A stretch of DNA of 63,072 bases, the filler included, from Folioceros fuciformis (taxonomy: Eukaryota): the NCBI GenBank assembly GCA_049999805.1. It is 9 parts of 9 records of this genome, joined end to end, with 100 filler letters (N's around TTAATTAATTAA, not from the genome) between each part and the next. Parts side by side here need not be neighbours in the genome. Positions count along the whole stretch, not along the records: positions 1 to 1,394 come from JBNGIO010005716.1; positions 1,495 to 5,630 come from JBNGIO010005717.1; positions 5,731 to 18,731 come from JBNGIO010005718.1; 6 more parts are not named here. One strand, written 5' to 3'. Numbering within the stretch: position 1 is the first letter of the stretch; each line of letters starts with the position of its first letter. Position numbers and translations under genes: made by a program. Of this stretch, positions 1 to 11,931 are shown piece after piece. The notes under the pieces are model-generated. The model made no database searches, was not told the DNA's origin, and saw nothing but the letters and a program-made list of their open reading frames with translations.

Positions 1-136
1 GTGGAAGGGCTGACAAGTGGAGGCAACAGCTGCAATAGCCTCAGCAGCTGCAAGAAAGTGTGCTAACCCTAGCTTGGCAGCAGGGAAGGAATTGACAGGA
101 AATCTCACGGGAGCTTTGTGGGCAGACAGTCAAGAG

Positions 137-550
137 TCTGTAAGGACACGGAGCATGAGACAATCTGGTTCACGCAAGGCAGCGTGATTCCGCACCAGAT
201 TGCTCTTAGGAAGAAGAGACTTAAGGTCTTGTGAGTAAAACTCCAGTCAGAAGCAGTCTGGTTCTTTCAGACATTTATCAGGTGTGAGTACTCAAGAAAG
301 GATTGAGTGTCAACCTTGAGTGGTGGCAAGAATGGCCAGTGACAGTATTAACTAGATCGTACAGGAGAAGCTGGACAAAAACAACTTCCATGCCTGGAAG
401 TTTCGTTTTACAAACTTTCTTATGGGAAAGGGTTATTGGGACTACATTGAGGGGGAGCATGAAAAACCCCCTGTAGTACTTGAACGGAATGCAACAGCGG
501 AGCAGATTAAGGCGCTGAAGGATTGGAGTCAAGGATCTCGGAAGGTCATG
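137..550 (+). pseudogene. Ty1/copia leader and gag start, truncated copy
   Basis: Near-identical to 726-1139 but with an in-frame TAG and several transitions; breaks off at about 550 into AT-rich sequence and a gap. Confidence 0.75.
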
Positions 551-908
551 AAACTATAGTAAATAGTTATATATTCAGTAATTAGGAACCTTAGTAGTAA
601 ACCCTAATACGACAGTTATTATGGTNNNNNNNNNNNNNNNNNNNNNNNNNNNNNNNNNNNNNNNNNNNNNNNNNNNNNNNNNNNNNNNNNNNNNNNNNNN
701 NNNNNNNNNNNNNNNNNNNNNNNNNTCTGTAAGGACACGGAGCATGAGACAATCTGGTTCACGTAAGGCAGCATGATTCCGCACCAGATTGCTCTTAGGA
801 AGAAGAGACTTAAGGTCTTGTGAGTAAAACTCCAGTCAGAAGCAGTCTGGTTCTTTCAGACATTTATCAGGTGTGAGTACTCAAGAAAGGATTGAGTGTC
901 AACCTTGA

Positions 909-1394
909 GTGGTGGCAAGAATGGCCAGTGACAGTATTAACCAGATCGTACAGGAGAAGCTGGACAAAAACAACTTCCATGCCTGGAAGTTTCGTTTTAC
1001 AAACTTTCTTATGGGAAAGGGTTATTGGGACTACATTGAGGGGGAGCATGAAAAACCCCCTGTAGTACTTGAACGGAATGCAACAGCGGAGCAGATTAAG
1101 ACGCTGAAGGATTGGAGTCAAGGATCTTGGAAGCTCATGTATTGGCTGTCAATCAGCATTCATGACACCATGATTGGGCACATACAGGATGCAGAGTCGC
1201 CCAAAGAAGCATGGGATGAGTTGGTAAAACTCTATGAGACTAACACGAAGGCGAGAAAACTGCAGTTGAAGAATGACTTCAACACAGTTATGAAGAAGAA
1301 CTTATCAATCAATGAGTACGCGTTAAAGATCAAAGGGATAGTGGAATCCCTTGCGTCCATTGGTGTCAGTGTGGAAGATGATGACAAGGTCGAA
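909..1394 (+). mobile_element. Ty1/copia gag N-terminal (UBN2-type) region, runs into a gap
   Basis: EKLDKNNFHAWKFRFTNFLMGKGYWDYIEG...SPKEAWDELVKLYE...YALKIKGIVESLASIG is a typical copia Gag. Confidence 0.85.
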
Positions 1395-1494
1395 NNNNNN
1401 NNNNNNNNNNNNNNNNNNNNNNNNNNNNNNNNNNNNNNTTAATTAATTAANNNNNNNNNNNNNNNNNNNNNNNNNNNNNNNNNNNNNNNNNNNN
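1395..1494. other. Assembly spacer N-TTAATTAATTAA-N (also near 5675, 18776, 20031, 35194, 48947, 58069, 61421)
   Basis: Identical 12-mer with stops in all six frames, always centred in N runs. Confidence 0.97.
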
Positions 1495-2079
1495 GAAGGC
1501 ATCCTTTCACTTGCTACTCGTGTTGTGCACAAGCCAACTGAAGGCGCACCCAGCAACAGCCGCTGCATCAAGGGCGTGCGTAGTGGAGAACGACATCGAT
1601 TACTGCAAGAACGTCTCCTTGTCCATGGCAACAACGTCGTGCAGAGGTACGCATTCTGTAAGCAATGTGTTGCGGACGACGCTTTGCCTTCCCTTGCGTC
1701 CTTGCCTCCTTACTCAAGGTGTTGGCGAATGTGCTGCGCAGCCGGGACTTCTATCGCCATGAAGGCAGTGGTTCAGTTAGGGAGGACTTTCACCAGGATG
1801 AATGAGTGGGAGATGGCAACACACCTGAGTGCAGTTGTATTGGATCACGACCCCGAAAACGAGGACGCCAAGGCCGTGATGCTCAGTGCTAGCAGTAAGA
1901 CGGAGAGTGAGGTTAGTTTGGCTGTGATGCCAGAGCAAGTTGGCTACCATGCTCAGTGGTACCAATGTCCCAAGGAACATGTGTATGCCCTCGGCGAGAA
2001 GCACTTGTGCGAGCCCTTGGTGACCCCCTTGGATCGCTGGCCATCGGCTGCACATTCACAGTTTAGGCTTGTAGGCTGA
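1495..2079 (+). pseudogene. Possible gene fragment: TPR-like helix pair plus first half of an RZ-type zinc finger
   Basis: Frame is open from the gap. AVVQLGRTFTRMNEWEMA...LDHDPENEDAK is TPR-like; GYHAQWYQCPKEHVYALGE resembles the GHWxxCxxGHxYxIGEC RZ motif, but the downstream Cys residues are missing. Confidence 0.35.
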
Positions 2080-2209
2080 GNNNNNNNNNNAGGAGAATAA
2101 AGGAGAGTGCTTGGACAGGTTGGGGTATTATGGGTAGAGGGGAGAGCCTTGCAATCTAGGAGCAATTTCGCATGTAAATGTTGTAGCCATGAAGTGTGGT
2201 GTGCATTTA

Positions 2210-3539
2210 TGTAGTGGCAAAACCCCGAGCACCTAACCGCCGACGAGGGGGCTTGTGCTGAATCTAGTGTCCACGCTTATTTCATTGTCATTAAGACATT
2301 CAATTTGAGTTTAGTTCCCACGAAGGACAGTGGAGTTTCTCTTTTTGTCTAGAGGTAGGATGGAGAGTCTACCTATCTTACTACCTCGACTCCTAAGCAA
2401 ATCCTAGCATGTCCTGGCCCCTATGTCACAGCCATGCTACGGACAGATAGTTGGGTCAGCTTCCCTACCAACCCATAGACAACTTCACATACTAACGCCA
2501 CATTAGATGCTTCTTATAGTCAATTCTCACATCAACAACCTAGGATAGTCCACTAGATCTCAAGAACACCTTCTAAAGACTATACTTTATCACCCAGACC
2601 TCCCAAACACTTGTACAACTCACACACTGATATGATGGATTTGAGGGCTCCCCTCCAACTTTGGTCCAACATAGGACAAATTGTCTATCCAACACTCCTT
2701 GGTGCTTTTCCTTTAGCAACTATAGCGTAGGATCGATAGCACGCAGCGTAGAGAGAAAGCTTGTGTTCAGATTAAAAATGAATGTGCGTGTGAGGCCCTT
2801 ATGTGGCCGTGTCAAGTGAAACGGCATGGCGGTTAACCGTTGACGCTTCGGTGCACCTGTTCGTGCACTTAATATATTTAAGTATATATATGGCTATTTA
2901 TTAATGACCTAAACCTATCCAGGACGGCGGGATACGGGCTAGTTAGGGCACCGTTTCTCGCTAAACTAATTACACTTCTACCCCTACTCATCATACTGAC
3001 TACCATCATCTACTACTATCATATCTAGCAAGAGTCTCCTAACTAGGCCAGCACTAAGATCATATCTAGCAAGAATCTCCTAACTAGGCCAGTACTAAGA
3101 GAAAAAGAGGGAAACACACTCCCCACAACCTTACCAAATACCATGAAACATGGCTGGCACCTAGCCCCTAGACAATAAGGAAATAAGAGTGGACAAGTTA
3201 AGAGAAGTCATATCCTTTACAATCAAGAGCTAAGAGCAAGCCCCTCAACCTTGGCCACCACACTTTAACATCTCACTAAACACTGTGCAAACACACACAG
3301 CCACGACCATTACTTGTATAAAAAGCAGGCATGGATAGACTAGAAAGGCAAAGCATGACAACATAAGTTCTAGAGGCTCACTCTATCTTACATAGGAGCC
3401 TCTTCTCCTACATCACCTTTCTCTTGTAGAATAATTACTATTTTAACAAGTCAACTAAATTAGTACATTATCACCAAACACTACTCTAATCTTTCCTACC
3501 ATCTATAACAAGGTTTGACCATAACAGTCATATTTCACA
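2210..3539 (-). mobile_element. Old, degenerate long LTR related to family X; right end approximate; unrelated insert at about 2725-2973
   Basis: Starts TGTAGTGGCAAAACCCCG like the X terminus TGTGGAGGCAAAACCCCG. Blocks at 2270-2330, 2632-2680 and 3100-3255 match 45736-46290. Confidence 0.65.
3018..3099. repeat. 41-bp tandem duplication
   Basis: ATCATATCTAGCAAGAGTCTCCTAACTAGGCCAGCACTAAG x2 with 2 substitutions. Confidence 0.9.
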
Positions 3540-4689
3540 AAGCCTGTTTGATGCACATTTGATTTTACGTTATATTGGTCATTTATTTATATTTAATCCT
3601 TTTTTCAAAAAAAATCTTATATTGACATGTGTCAGACATATCCATTTTGCATTTATTTGTTGATAGACTAGGATGTTGTGGGACCTATCTCGTTTCTAAC
3701 ATAGATTATGTGATAAAATAGCTATCTCACCTTCGGTGCACTGGTTTACCGGTGTACTGAAGTCCATGTTCAACATAAACGAAGAACGATTTCGAGGGTT
3801 CAGGGAAAATTTCGTGTTAGACAAAAATTAAAATAATTCAAGTTAGTCTACACAAAAGGGGTTTCGCTCTAAAACCAAACGATAAATGGCCATTCTCGCA
3901 ATTGTCCTCTGCTAGTTTTTGTAGGTGGTAAATGGTCCACACCATGCAATCTTCATGTTGCAATCACACGGAATGATATGACGGGAGACGAATGTTTTTG
4001 ATCTTCATCCATGCATGATTTTGAATGTCCATTCATACTCTTTGATCTCATATACCTTGTTTTCTGCCTGTATTTGATTACTTTCAAATAGTGAGTCTAG
4101 AGGATATAAAACACACAGGGTTACATGGCGCGCCCAAGTGTACGCCCACCACGAGGCATGGCGTGCCAAGTGTGTGCCCACCACGAGGCATGGACCAAGA
4201 TGGACCATCGTATTATGCTAGTGGCTCAAGTCAATTCCAAGCCACTGTTAGCTGGGCACACCCATCTTCTTCCTCCTCTCCATCACTTGCTCTGGGCTTT
4301 AGGCTTTCGACAAACATGTCCGTGATAGCACCATGCACAGGTTAGTAACATAGTCTTCACTAAACAGCCGTATTCCACTAAGCCCATTTGATACATTTCA
4401 GAAATAATGGTATCCCAAACAGTAATCCATTTTTAATCAGGCCCACTTCGGATATCTATTTTTAAACTTGTACTTTTCTTTGAATTAAGTAATAAGGACT
4501 TTGATGTGAATGTTGTCATATGTCTATTCAAATAATGAATTTCTTGTTTTCCTTCAAAGATGCATCGGTAGACTAGCGCACTCAATCAACAATAATGGTA
4601 AAACATATGGTGATTTATTGACTCAATGATTTTTTGAAATACGCTTAATGTGTTTGACATTTAGCCATAAATGGACATAATTTCTAAAA

Positions 4690-5316
4690 ACCATTGTACA
4701 CATGCATTCATCCTACAATGCCTCCCACACAAACACAAGTTCTTTAGGGTTTGCCTCTAAATCTATGACTACGTCCACATCCTTCAATCCCTAGTCTTTC
4801 ACATTATCTGCCTAGGACATATTTGAAGTGTCTCCAAGTTTCTTAGTTAACCATACAAGCGTTCATTGTTCCAGGTGACCTTTGAGGAGTATCTCTCCGC
4901 CAGTTGAAAGTAGGACACCACAAGTCATGAACCAGCCGTAATGACAGAGGTTTTCTTGTGCCTCTTTGAGGTATCGAATCTCTATGTTGGACCTTTGTCA
5001 TTCAAGGTATTTGGCTTGTTTTTTTTGCCTTCTTTGCGAGGCGTCTTAGCCTTTGATCACTAGGCATTAGATCGCAATTGGCGGGGCATTATGGTGTGGC
5101 TGGTATGGATGAGATCGGTGATCACAGGGCAGAGATCCAGCTCTGATACCATGTAATTATCAGAATTAAATTTGCATTGAAACGTAATCGATAAGTACAG
5201 AGGTGAAACGCTGCAAGCGTACGTACGCGTAACCGTTCGCTTAAGTTAGACTTTTGGTGTCTAGTCTGTAGACCGAAACGTGCCCTAACCTAGGCAATAG
5301 ATATGCATTAATAACA
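4690..5316 (-). mobile_element. 5' end of a minus-strand LTR element: 165-bp LTR (5152-5316), tRNA-iMet PBS (5140-5151) and decayed leader ORF
   Basis: Reverse complement reads TGTTATT...AATTACA immediately followed by TGGTATCAGAGC. Left boundary approximate. Confidence 0.8.
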
Positions 5317-5730
5317 AGGAGCCGCGTCCCCTTAGCATGCCATACGCTAGGTGGAATTGCTGCCAAGAATACTGCCTATATATGAAATTTAATAGTCTTG
5401 AATTTGGTTTCCCATTGTCCATGAGTTGTGTTGGGAAAGGGAAAGCCCGGGAAGCGAATATTCTAGTTTTGTAAGAGCTCCATTCAAAACTATTTGCACA
5501 AATGTTGAGAGTTTGGCTTGCTTTCTGTACCGGTTTCAAGTTACATACTATTTATTTATTTGAGAAAACAAGATGGAAATGCCCATTTGCCTCAAAACAG
5601 GGAGATAAACCATGATAAGAATACTAGGGGNNNNNNNNNNNNNNNNNNNNNNNNNNNNNNNNNNNNNNNNNNNNTTAATTAATTAANNNNNNNNNNNNNN
5701 NNNNNNNNNNNNNNNNNNNNNNNNNNNNNN

Positions 5731-7008
5731 AACCATTTCGGCTGGGAGCTGATCCCGCTGAATAAGCTACCGTTTTCAGGCCAGGTTCCGGCTGCTGATC
5801 CCACTCCTTCCCACCTCTTCTCTATCTTTCCCATTGCTCATGCTCCTCCCCTGGAGGCTGGCTCAGCTACCAAGGGTGAACAGTTGCAGGGGAAGACTTA
5901 GCGGGCGACCATCCAGCAAGGAAGAGGCGGCGTCCGCAAACCTTTGAAGATCAGACATCCTCCGAAGTCTCTGGATAGTCTAAGAGGTGGTAGATCCTTG
6001 TGGTGGTAGGGCCAGGAGCTCATTGGTGGCAGGTTGTGCTAGAAGTCTAAATAAGTGGCTGGTGATAGCCGGCTAGGCTATTAAAATAATATTTCTCAAG
6101 TTAGAGAGATGTGAAGTCAGAGAGAGAGAGAGAGGCTCCTATAAGATCAGGTGAGCCTGTAGGAGGAGGGAGTCATTCACTTTGGGAGTCATTCTATCCC
6201 TTCGTGAGCTCTTGGAGGTCCTCTCTTCATGAGCTCTTGTGGTCTGTCCCTGCTTGGTTTAGGACTTGCAGTGTGTTGCCGGCTATGCAACGTCTGGTAG
6301 GATCGCAGGCAGCGTGTTGCCGGCTGTACAGTGTCTGGTAGGATCGCGGGCAGCGTGTTGCCGGTTGTATAGTGTCTGGTAGGATCACAAGGTGTAATGA
6401 CCAGGGTGAAGGGGCTTGCCCCTAGCTCTTGATTGTTAAGGGTGTGTCTTTCTCTCAACCTGTCCACTCTTGTTCCTTGCTTGGTCAAGTGCTGTAGGCC
6501 GGCCATGTCTCATGGCGTCTGGTAAGGTTGTGGGGAGGAGATACCCAAGAGGGGAGTGTGTTCCCTTCTTCCTTTTGTTTGGGGTTAGTCTAGTGACTCT
6601 TGCCGGGTAGGAGGAGTCCGTAGGGAAGTGTAGAAGGTAGCGGTGTCGTTGCTGGTTGCTGGTAGTTGTTGGTGTTGGTGCTGGAGCAAGAGAGTGAGTG
6701 AAGTGAGTGAAGGAAGTCGCAGATCTGAGAGGTTAGAGTCGTTGTAGTGACTAGAGTGAGTTTGTGGGCACCGAGAGAGGTGCAGCTGACCACCGGACAG
6801 CGAGGCCTGTCCTACGCCTGATCGGAGCTGGAGGGGAGCCCTCGAATCCATCATCGAGTTGATCAAGTCCGACCCTCCATCCACAGCAGCAAGGAACCCC
6901 ATCGCTCCTTCGTGGGAACGAAACCCAATGTCTCAACGACAGTGGGATAAGTGTGGCCACTAAAGGTGGAACCCATTGGCAATCAGTGCCCGGGGTTTTG
7001 CCTCCACA
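5731..7008 (+). mobile_element. Family X long LTR, partial copy starting at a gap
   Basis: Reverse complement of about 45696-47000; ends GCCTCCACA; three 41-bp internal units at about 6270-6386. Confidence 0.9.
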
Positions 7009-7544
7009 CCCGTTGTCGTGTAGTCTAGCAGGTTTCGTTCCCTCGAAGGAGGGCCTTTCCTAGTTGTGTGTGTGCGACTCTATTCGTACCTCTCTTCTAC
7101 CACGACCCTCGCGAACCTGAATACACCTCTTGCCTGCCAAACACGCCTCTGCTGTCGGCGACTCACTCCAGTAGGACATCCACGAGTGTGCGTGCGAAAC
7201 ACGGCACCTCACACCCAGGCGTCTGGGCCGTCACGATCCCCACCAAGCTACCAGGCACTGCAGACGACGCAGCCGGCAGGAGCGCACTTGTTGGAACACG
7301 AACAAGTGTGCTCGGGCTTGGTAAGAAACAAAGACCGACCCCTTTATCTCTTGAGCCCTATGACTCTTATAGAGTTCCTGGCTACTGTCGGTTGGGGTGG
7401 TTGATCGGGTAGGCAGCCATTGATGGTCCCTCACCTGCTACAGCGCTTAAGCGCATTAAACAGTGTCTTTAAACGCTGAAACCACCCCTCCTACCACGTC
7501 TATCCTAACTACCCAACTCTATTGGGGACGCTTCGGTGGGCAGG

Positions 7545-8493
7545 TCAGAAGGGCAACCTTCGCGTCCTTTTCCCTGCAGAATCCAACACACTCGGTGGCT
7601 TTGGAAAATTGTTGCTCACGTCGGGCTTGATATTCCCCTCCTTCATCGACAGAAAGCTTGGCCCCCGCTTCAAGATTGGTTCCCTGGGGAGCAGAAGGCT
7701 GCACAACTCTGCTCTTACCGAACTCCCCCGCAAGAATCTGTCTTGCCAACTCGTCCCGTCTTGCCTGTTCCTCTGGAGATACCGCAGGCCTTCCTCTTCC
7801 AGATCAAACACATGGACAGTGAGTCTAGCAATTTCCTGAAAGGCAGACTTCTTCACGGCCTCATCATCACTCTCCAGCTCCTCAAACGCAGCATCAAAGC
7901 ACTCCTACCAAAACCTGCTGATCCTGATGTGTGGATCCTTGAGGTACTTGTCCCAAACCCACTGCACGACCTCGGCTCTTGCCGCCAGCTCCCAGCGAGC
8001 GAGTCCGGCTGCCTCCCGCTTCCCGGCTCCAGAAATTCTTGCCTCCCGCCGGTCATCCACCTCATTCATCAGCAACGAGGATAGGGCATCCATCCTGTGA
8101 TCAACCGGCCTGTCGCTGAAGCGATACATCCCCACGGACCATCTGACCGCAATCCCTGCACTTCCAGAGAGAACCGACCACGCCGCCAGGCACAGGATGA
8201 CAGTCAGGCCCCCTGCCTTGTACGTGTTTTTCCCAACCCATTCTCTCGCGGGAGGAGCCACGCTCTCCTTCCCATCCTCCTCCATCACGATCCCAAGAGC
8301 AATCAATCAACTAATCTACAGCCTCGTACGCCGCAGCAGCCTTGCAGCATGGAATGCGCATCCGCAGCTCCTTGACCAATCCCGGCTCCCTTGCATCGCG
8401 CAGGCCTAGCAGCTGTGTACCATACTCCTCCTCGCTCACGCTGCCTGCAAGAACGGGCTACCAGAACCTTCCTGGAAGAAGCCTCTCCTCCAT
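7545..8493 (-). pseudogene. About 310-codon disrupted ORF of unknown function inside W
   Basis: ORFs 7905-8306 and 7545-7856 share a frame across one TAG. Upstream MEERLLPGRFW*PVL...AYEAVD*LI joins via a GATT duplication at about 8305. Confidence 0.5.
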
Positions 8494-8728
8494 CACCAGA
8501 AAACCGCAAAGAAAGGGCCTTCTACCCCCGCTCCAAGAAGAGGCCTGATGCGGCCCTTCCGCCGTCAGGACAAAATGCTACTGTGCGCGGTGTCCCCGCC
8601 ACCAAGCCCTCCCGAGTTCCGGGAGCCGCCGCTGGCCGCATTCTGGGGTCGCCGTGCTGCCTCTCGTCGACCTCCCGGCCCAGCAGCCTACGACATGATG
8701 GCGCCACGCCAGGAGGGCGAGAGCGGGA

Positions 8729-8812
8729 TCCTCCAATCATGGCATTCCATGACACCACATCTCTCACGGCCAGAGAATCGAACACTTTTCATGCATCTCC
8801 GAAGCTCCCGCA
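8729..8812 (-). pseudogene. PLS-class pentatricopeptide repeat fragment
   Basis: CGSFGDA*KVFDSLAVRDVVSWNAMIGG matches the CGSxxDARxVFDxMxxRDVVSWNAMI consensus. An adjacent frame gives AQHCGCG...RDKGVQPN. Confidence 0.8.
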
Positions 8813-10428
8813 TCTGGTTGGGTTGCACACCCTTGTCTCGCAAACGTAAACCGCAACCGCAGTGCTGAGCCACACTACGGGCTTCCAAAAAAAACGCAAT
8901 CCTGCCAAACCTCAGATCCCATCTTCCACCACTATGGCTCAATCCACCTCAGCGTCAGGGGCTGCCATCCGTCACCACCTTCTTCGGCAATCACCAACTC
9001 CTGCCCTGCACGTCAACAAATTTTACCTCCGCCCTTGCCTCCGTTTATTTTCCAAGAACAAATACAAGCTCAGTCTCCGAGCGCGCTCCCGCTTCATTTC
9101 GCCTTTTCCTAACCTTCATCACCGTCTCCACAACAACCGCCTCCATAGACCACCCCGGTCCCCAAAAATCGAGAGCTTACAGTCACTAGCTTCGCGACTG
9201 GTGTGGCTAGTGGAAGGGATGCTCTGCACCTGTGAGGAAGAGAAATTTCTGCAAAAGGTCAGGGTGGGAATGCGAGTTTCGCAAAACCCTTGGAAAGCCA
9301 AGAGGGAGCGCAAGTTTTGTGAAACTTTTGAGAGCCGTTTGGCTATGATTTTTCGCTTCCTCACTCCGTTGCCTAACCGGGCCGTGTTCAATCTTTGTGA
9401 GGAGTCTGTGTGGCTCAAGGAGGAGGATTGAGTCGAGATTTGGTGTGTAAGAAGTGTGTGTGGTTGATATTGAGAAGTGCTGAGAAAGATTGCTGATAGA
9501 TTGAGCAGAGAAATCAGTGAGAATCAGTGATGCAGAAAGGCGCTGCGGTGTGGCTAGCCCTAATATGCATCTACCAATGAGATTTGGTTGTAGAATAAAG
9601 GGAGAATAACTGGGTGTGCATGAGAATCAACCTGCACAAGCCATAGCTCCTTCACGGGCGTGGCCGGAAACCCCGCGTCCTCCAAGCGCCGCTACTCGTG
9701 CGTGCGCCAAACGGGTGGGTCCCACCACGGTAGCGGAATCCACTACCATGGTGGCTGAATCCACTACCGCGGTTGTGGAATTCCCTAAAGTGGCAGAGTT
9801 AGGGACGATGGTGGTAAACTTAAGTATGGTGGTGGAGTACGTTTGGGTAGGAACTGATAGTAGATAGTCTAGAAGTCGTAAATTTAGAACAACTTGACAC
9901 GAACCATTCCCTTAGGATCGAATCCTAGGACTATAACGACATAAACGGTGAATGTGGGCCTTATTGTATCCCCGGACACAAAATTTCGCTCCACAGAAGG
10001 CTATGAATTACCCTAATAAACCTTACTAACATGTGGTAGTTATGACAAATCATATGGTGATGTACACCTACATGAAAGGTCAAACAAGCGTGGCTTGTAA
10101 TGGATGTCAAAACACATTTGTCAAAAACTTGTACTACAGCATGCACAAATTGTGTGTACAGAAGCTAGGCTTGAAGAAGGCAAGACCATAGGAAAGTACA
10201 AGGGTGGCCAAGTTCGTATACCAGATTGGCCAAGTACGTACATGTGATGGTATAGTTAAGTGTGTTAGCCGTAGTTTATGAAGAGAGAGGCGGGTTACTA
10301 GTATTGGCTACTAGAACTTGATGCGAACTGGGAAATAGGGTACAACATCATAAACAACCTTTGATGACGGCATTCAAATGATAACTGTATGATGGGGAAC
10401 CAGCAAGGACCATATCATTGAAGGTGTG

Positions 10429-10577
10429 AACGCATCATACTTTCCTCTTTAAACGCATCATACTTTCATCTTTAAACACATCATAATTTCATCTTTAAAC
10501 GCATCATACTTTCATCTTTAAACACATCATACTTTCATCTTTAAACGCATCATACTTTCATCTTTAAATGCATCATA
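10429..10577. repeat. 23-bp minisatellite, about 6.5 copies
   Basis: AACGCATCATACTTTCATCTTTA units head-to-tail with no spacers. Confidence 0.95.
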
Positions 10578-11740
10578 GATTGACGTGCATTCTAGCGGTG
10601 ATTCCTCCTTGGTCAAGACTTGCCTTGTTTCCTTCAAACATTCAGCTACTTTCTTCTATCTAGACACATATCGCTCCACCCTTTTTTGTAGCTTGCACCC
10701 ATCGAGGGCTGTGAATCCATGCTCACGCAAAGTTGCAGCTACGGCTGCAGAGGCAATCTTCTTCTACTGGTTGTTACTTGCAATTTTTTAGCATTTGATG
10801 ATCCAAGCAAGGCTGCAAAGTGTTCTGGTTGCTCTAAGTAATTGCAAATCATAGCATAGTCCTCTCATGTTAAATTGGTCCAGGGCCCCATGCTAGTGCC
10901 CTTACGAGAGGCAAGCAAGTAAGAGGAGGCGATGGAGTGCGTGGAGTTTGAAATGAGAGGAGGTAAGGAGGGAGAATTGGATGGGGAGGGTCCAACAACG
11001 CCGGCATCACCTTCCCTCTCAAACTCACATGGAGCACCACCAACTACCGCCATGGTAGTCTTAGTAGTTTCAATCTGCCACTCCATGAATGCTGTCCATT
11101 TTTTCGTACGAAGTTTTAGAACTCCAAGATGGAAGCAAAGCAGGTGGATGGATGGTGTTCAAGTTTGAGCAAAATCACTCTTAATTCCTGTCTTTAGGAT
11201 GAAACATGAGGAGTCAAAATTATACCCCTTGCCATTTACAGCAACTCGGCCTTGTTGAAACAAAAACGGGCCCATTTCCGTTTTCTAGGCTCGGCAGAGA
11301 ACTTTGAGTCCCCCTAATGTAAAAAACTTATTTGATGCTCTCTTGGTATTCCACTTGTTTCTTTTCCATTGATAGACCTAGTTGATCCCACCTATTCCAT
11401 CTCGTTGGCCATTTCCTGCTTGGTGGCTGGAGTACAGAACTACAGCCATAAGTAGAACAACAAGAGCAACAAGTAGCGGCAGCTAATTGTACTAGAAGAG
11501 GAGGTTTGCCAGCAAAGAGAAGAAGGAGGAGGAAGCGAGTGCTTGGGAGGTTGCAAGAGTAGACTCGGCCACAACAATAGGCTGTACAATAGCTTGCAAT
11601 TTGACTTTGTCCCTCACATGCCCCTCACACATTGGGCTATGGTTTCTTGCCTTAGGCGCAACTAACCATTCAACCTATCACACTCCAAGTTAGCTAGAGA
11701 CATTATGGCTGTTGTTTGAGCTTTTGACCTCTTGACCTCT

Positions 11741-11931
11741 GTGCCTTTCCTCCCTTGATTCTAGCCCTTGCAAGACATACAAGCTTTTCATTGGTCATCT
11801 TCCATGACAAGGCCCAAACTTTGGGATTGTTCCTTGGTGCCTTTCCTCCCTTGATTCTAGCCCTTAAAAGGCAACAAGCGTCTCATTTGTCGTCTCCTAG
11901 GGCAAGGCCCAAACTTTGGAATTGTTCCTTG
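11741..11931. repeat. About 96-bp diverged tandem duplication
   Basis: GTGCCTTTCCTCCCTTGATTCTAGCCCTT...CAAGGCCCAAACTTTGG.ATTGTTCCTTG at 11741 and 11837. Confidence 0.85.

Larger units (their letters stand above)
7009..9995 (-). mobile_element. About 3-kb LTR-like module (family W) with a decayed ORF and a PPR fragment
   Basis: Left end has the subterminal motif shared with X/Y/Z (TGTCGT...GGTTTCGTTCCC..GAAGGAG); right end is CGCTCCACA; 21-bp repeats at about 9720-9790. Left terminus is cut off by the X copy. Confidence 0.55.

Noticed and set aside
1439-1450. Recurrent TTAATTAATTAA palindrome
   Set aside because: Always centred in N runs with stops in all six frames; an assembly spacer.
7014-9941. 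TGTCGT...ACGACA as element termini
   Set aside because: No TSD, and TGTCGT is part of the internal subterminal motif; CCACA at 9995 fits the family better.
10429-10577. Regular 23-bp repeats as a possible CRISPR array
   Set aside because: No unique spacers, no cas genes, eukaryotic context; a plain minisatellite.
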